From: an uncultured Methanomicrobiales archaeon
GTDB taxonomy: Archaea > Halobacteriota > Methanomicrobia > Methanomicrobiales > Methanospirillaceae
Assembly (NCBI GenBank): GCA_963697895.1
Contig: OY969100.1
Coordinates: 1,504,001-1,568,000, forward strand
Length of the DNA: 64,000 bases
Direction of reading: 5' to 3'
The notes below the pieces were generated by a model that did not search any database, had not been told where the DNA came from, and saw only the letters and a program-made list of their open reading frames with translations. Shown here in pieces: positions 62,472-64,000 of the stretch. The translations under genes were made by a program, and so were the position numbers. Within the stretch, counting starts at the first letter, position 1. Each line of letters starts with the position of its first letter.

Positions 62472-62503
62472 TATAGTCAATCAGATCTGGGGATTGGGTG
62501 AGT

Positions 62504-64000
62504 TTATTTTACACACTCTTCAATGATACGGATTTCTTCATCATTCATCCCGTACAACTTGTATACGAGTTCGTCAATCTGCCTGTCAATAGTCCCGATC
62601 CGCGTTCCAAGATTTGTCTTCTGATGATCCGTCCCGGCTTTCGAGAGGCGATCCGCAAGATTCAATATCTGTAAAACGAGAGCGTCCAGTCGATTGTGCA
62701 AGTCGATATCTATCGGATTGTCAAAATCCGGAATATACACCGGATATCTTTTTAAAAAACTATGAACGGCTGAAGCGAGGTCAGATCGATCGGGGAGAGA
62801 AGACGAAAGACATATGAAACGGGTTAATTTGCTGTTTAGTATGCCCAATAAGTACAGGTCTGGCCAGGGAATAACAAAAAAGGAATCGTCGACCAATTTT
62901 TTACCTCTGTCATAAGTGCATACAGGAGAAGGGCAGAGAGTTGCTATGATCAGAATTGGCAGATTCTTTTTGGTGTAATATACATTTGGAGGTAATTCCC
63001 ACCAATAATCCCCGTGGTTCGCTCGGGCTTCCAACCTTTTTGCATATATCTCGAAATGCCGGGCAATAACCGGAAACGTTTTTTTGAACCACTTGAATGT
63101 ATCTTTGGCTTTCCCGGAACGGGCGTCTGTCCATCCTTTTGGTATGAAAATCAGGTACGAACTTGCCTCTGCCGGTTGATATCTCTGAATGTCGCCCTGG
63201 GCTATTAGCGGCCTGATAATTTCTTTGCTTTTCGGGTCCTCCTCAATATATATGTTTTTCGTGTTTTCACTAAGGATAAATGCCTCATCACATCCTGTCG
63301 TGATACCCGGATAGATCTGGCCCATCACGTATTCTTCTACCGATCCTCCAATGGACTGCAACTTCCTCACCAGTTCCACTGTACTTTGATCATCGAGGGC
63401 CCATCCCTCCTCTCCGAGTGTACGTTGATCTCGTATGTGATGATGCTCCTTTACATATTTTTCAAGGTCATGAAATGTGTCGGTTCGGACCTCCGTATAA
63501 CGGAACCCGTTTGAAGGTCGGTTTTGAGAGACTCTGATAGCGCAGGGATGCAGCACTGTATTCGTAGACTCCGGTAAAAGAGGAAAATCCAGTATTTCTT
63601 CGATTTCCAGATCCTTCAGGAGTCTTCGCAAGGTTCTGCCTTGTTTTGCATGAAGCCATTGATCCGGAATGATGGCGGAAAGTTTTCCGCCCACACGCAT
63701 GAGGGCCAGGCTCTTCTCAATAAAATAGGGATACATATCGGAATCACTCGTGAACACGCTGTAGTGTGTCTGAAGGTATTTCTGCAGATCTTTCGACGGC
63801 TTCTGACCGATAAACGGGAGATCGACGATGACCGCATCAAAACCATCCCGGCGAAGGATATCCGGGAACTCGGAGTTCCAGTCAAAAGGATTAATCTTCT
63901 GGACCTCTTTAAAGTTGAATGGATGAGATTGACCGAAATCAAAATATTCCTCTCCAACGAGTGAATTCCCGCATTTTATGTTGTTCTGCAGGTTCGGGAG
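62504..64000 (-). CDS. Type IIG/Eco57I-like restriction-modification protein, C-terminal part (runs off window)
   Basis: Open frame from 64000: LPNLQNNIKCGNSL, INPFDWNSEFP, GFDAVI, DMYPYFIEKSL, GITTGCDEAF, YLLGILNSK, IDELVYKLYG. Confidence 0.85.
   Translation of the reverse strand, partial: LPNLQNNIKCGNSLVGEEYFDFGQSHPFNFKEVQKINPFDWNSEFPDILRRDGFDAVIVDLPFIGQKPSKDLQKYLQTHYSVFTSDSDMYPYFIEKSLALMRVGGKLSAIIPDQWLHAKQGRTLRRLLKDLEIEEILDFPLLPESTNTVLHPCAIRVSQNRPSNGFRYTEVRTDTFHDLEKYVKEHHHIRDQRTLGEEGWALDDQSTVELVRKLQSIGGSVEEYVMGQIYPGITTGCDEAFILSENTKNIYIEEDPKSKEIIRPLIAQGDIQRYQPAEASSYLIFIPKGWTDARSGKAKDTFKWFKKTFPVIARHFEIYAKRLEARANHGDYWWELPPNVYYTKKNLPILIIATLCPSPVCTYDRGKKLVDDSFFVIPWPDLYLLGILNSKLTRFICLSSSLPDRSDLASAVHSFLKRYPVYIPDFDNPIDIDLHNRLDALVLQILNLADRLSKAGTDHQKTNLGTRIGTIDRQIDELVYKLYGMNDEEIRIIEECVK

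Noticed and set aside
1-64000. CRISPR array, rRNA, transposase or integrase
   Set aside because: No regularly spaced short repeats or corresponding motifs were seen

Overview
Chromosomal window from a hydrogenotrophic methanogen. The gene content suggests Methanomicrobiales, probably Methanoregulaceae (Methanolinea/Methanoregula-like); this assignment is an inference. Most of the window is archaeal housekeeping: NAC, TrmI, ThiL, RIO2, NadE, cupin PGI, pycBA with a BioY/ECF transporter and BirA, RtcB-archease, SecDF, Fno, TFB, Gar1, SRP19, HypB, S8e, S6e, aIF5B and five intact tRNAs. The standout is a locus at about 2.4-10.8 kb with seven paralogous genes for secreted, anchorless, beta-rich proteins, candidate sheath/envelope subunits. 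Four near-identical copies are ordered A-B-B'-A', their promoters group differently from their coding sequences, and five copies share a GCTGA-N6-TCAGC palindrome at the predicted transcription start (degenerate in copy 3). Other points of note are a BirA operator before bioY, an intact tRNA-Leu flanked by two decayed tRNA-Leu relics, a degenerate TtuA-like protein, a type IIG RM gene with DLPF in place of NPPY, a decaying accessory region after tRNA-His, and four single-base +1 frameshifts that look like sequencing artefacts. No CRISPR array, integrase or transposase was seen.
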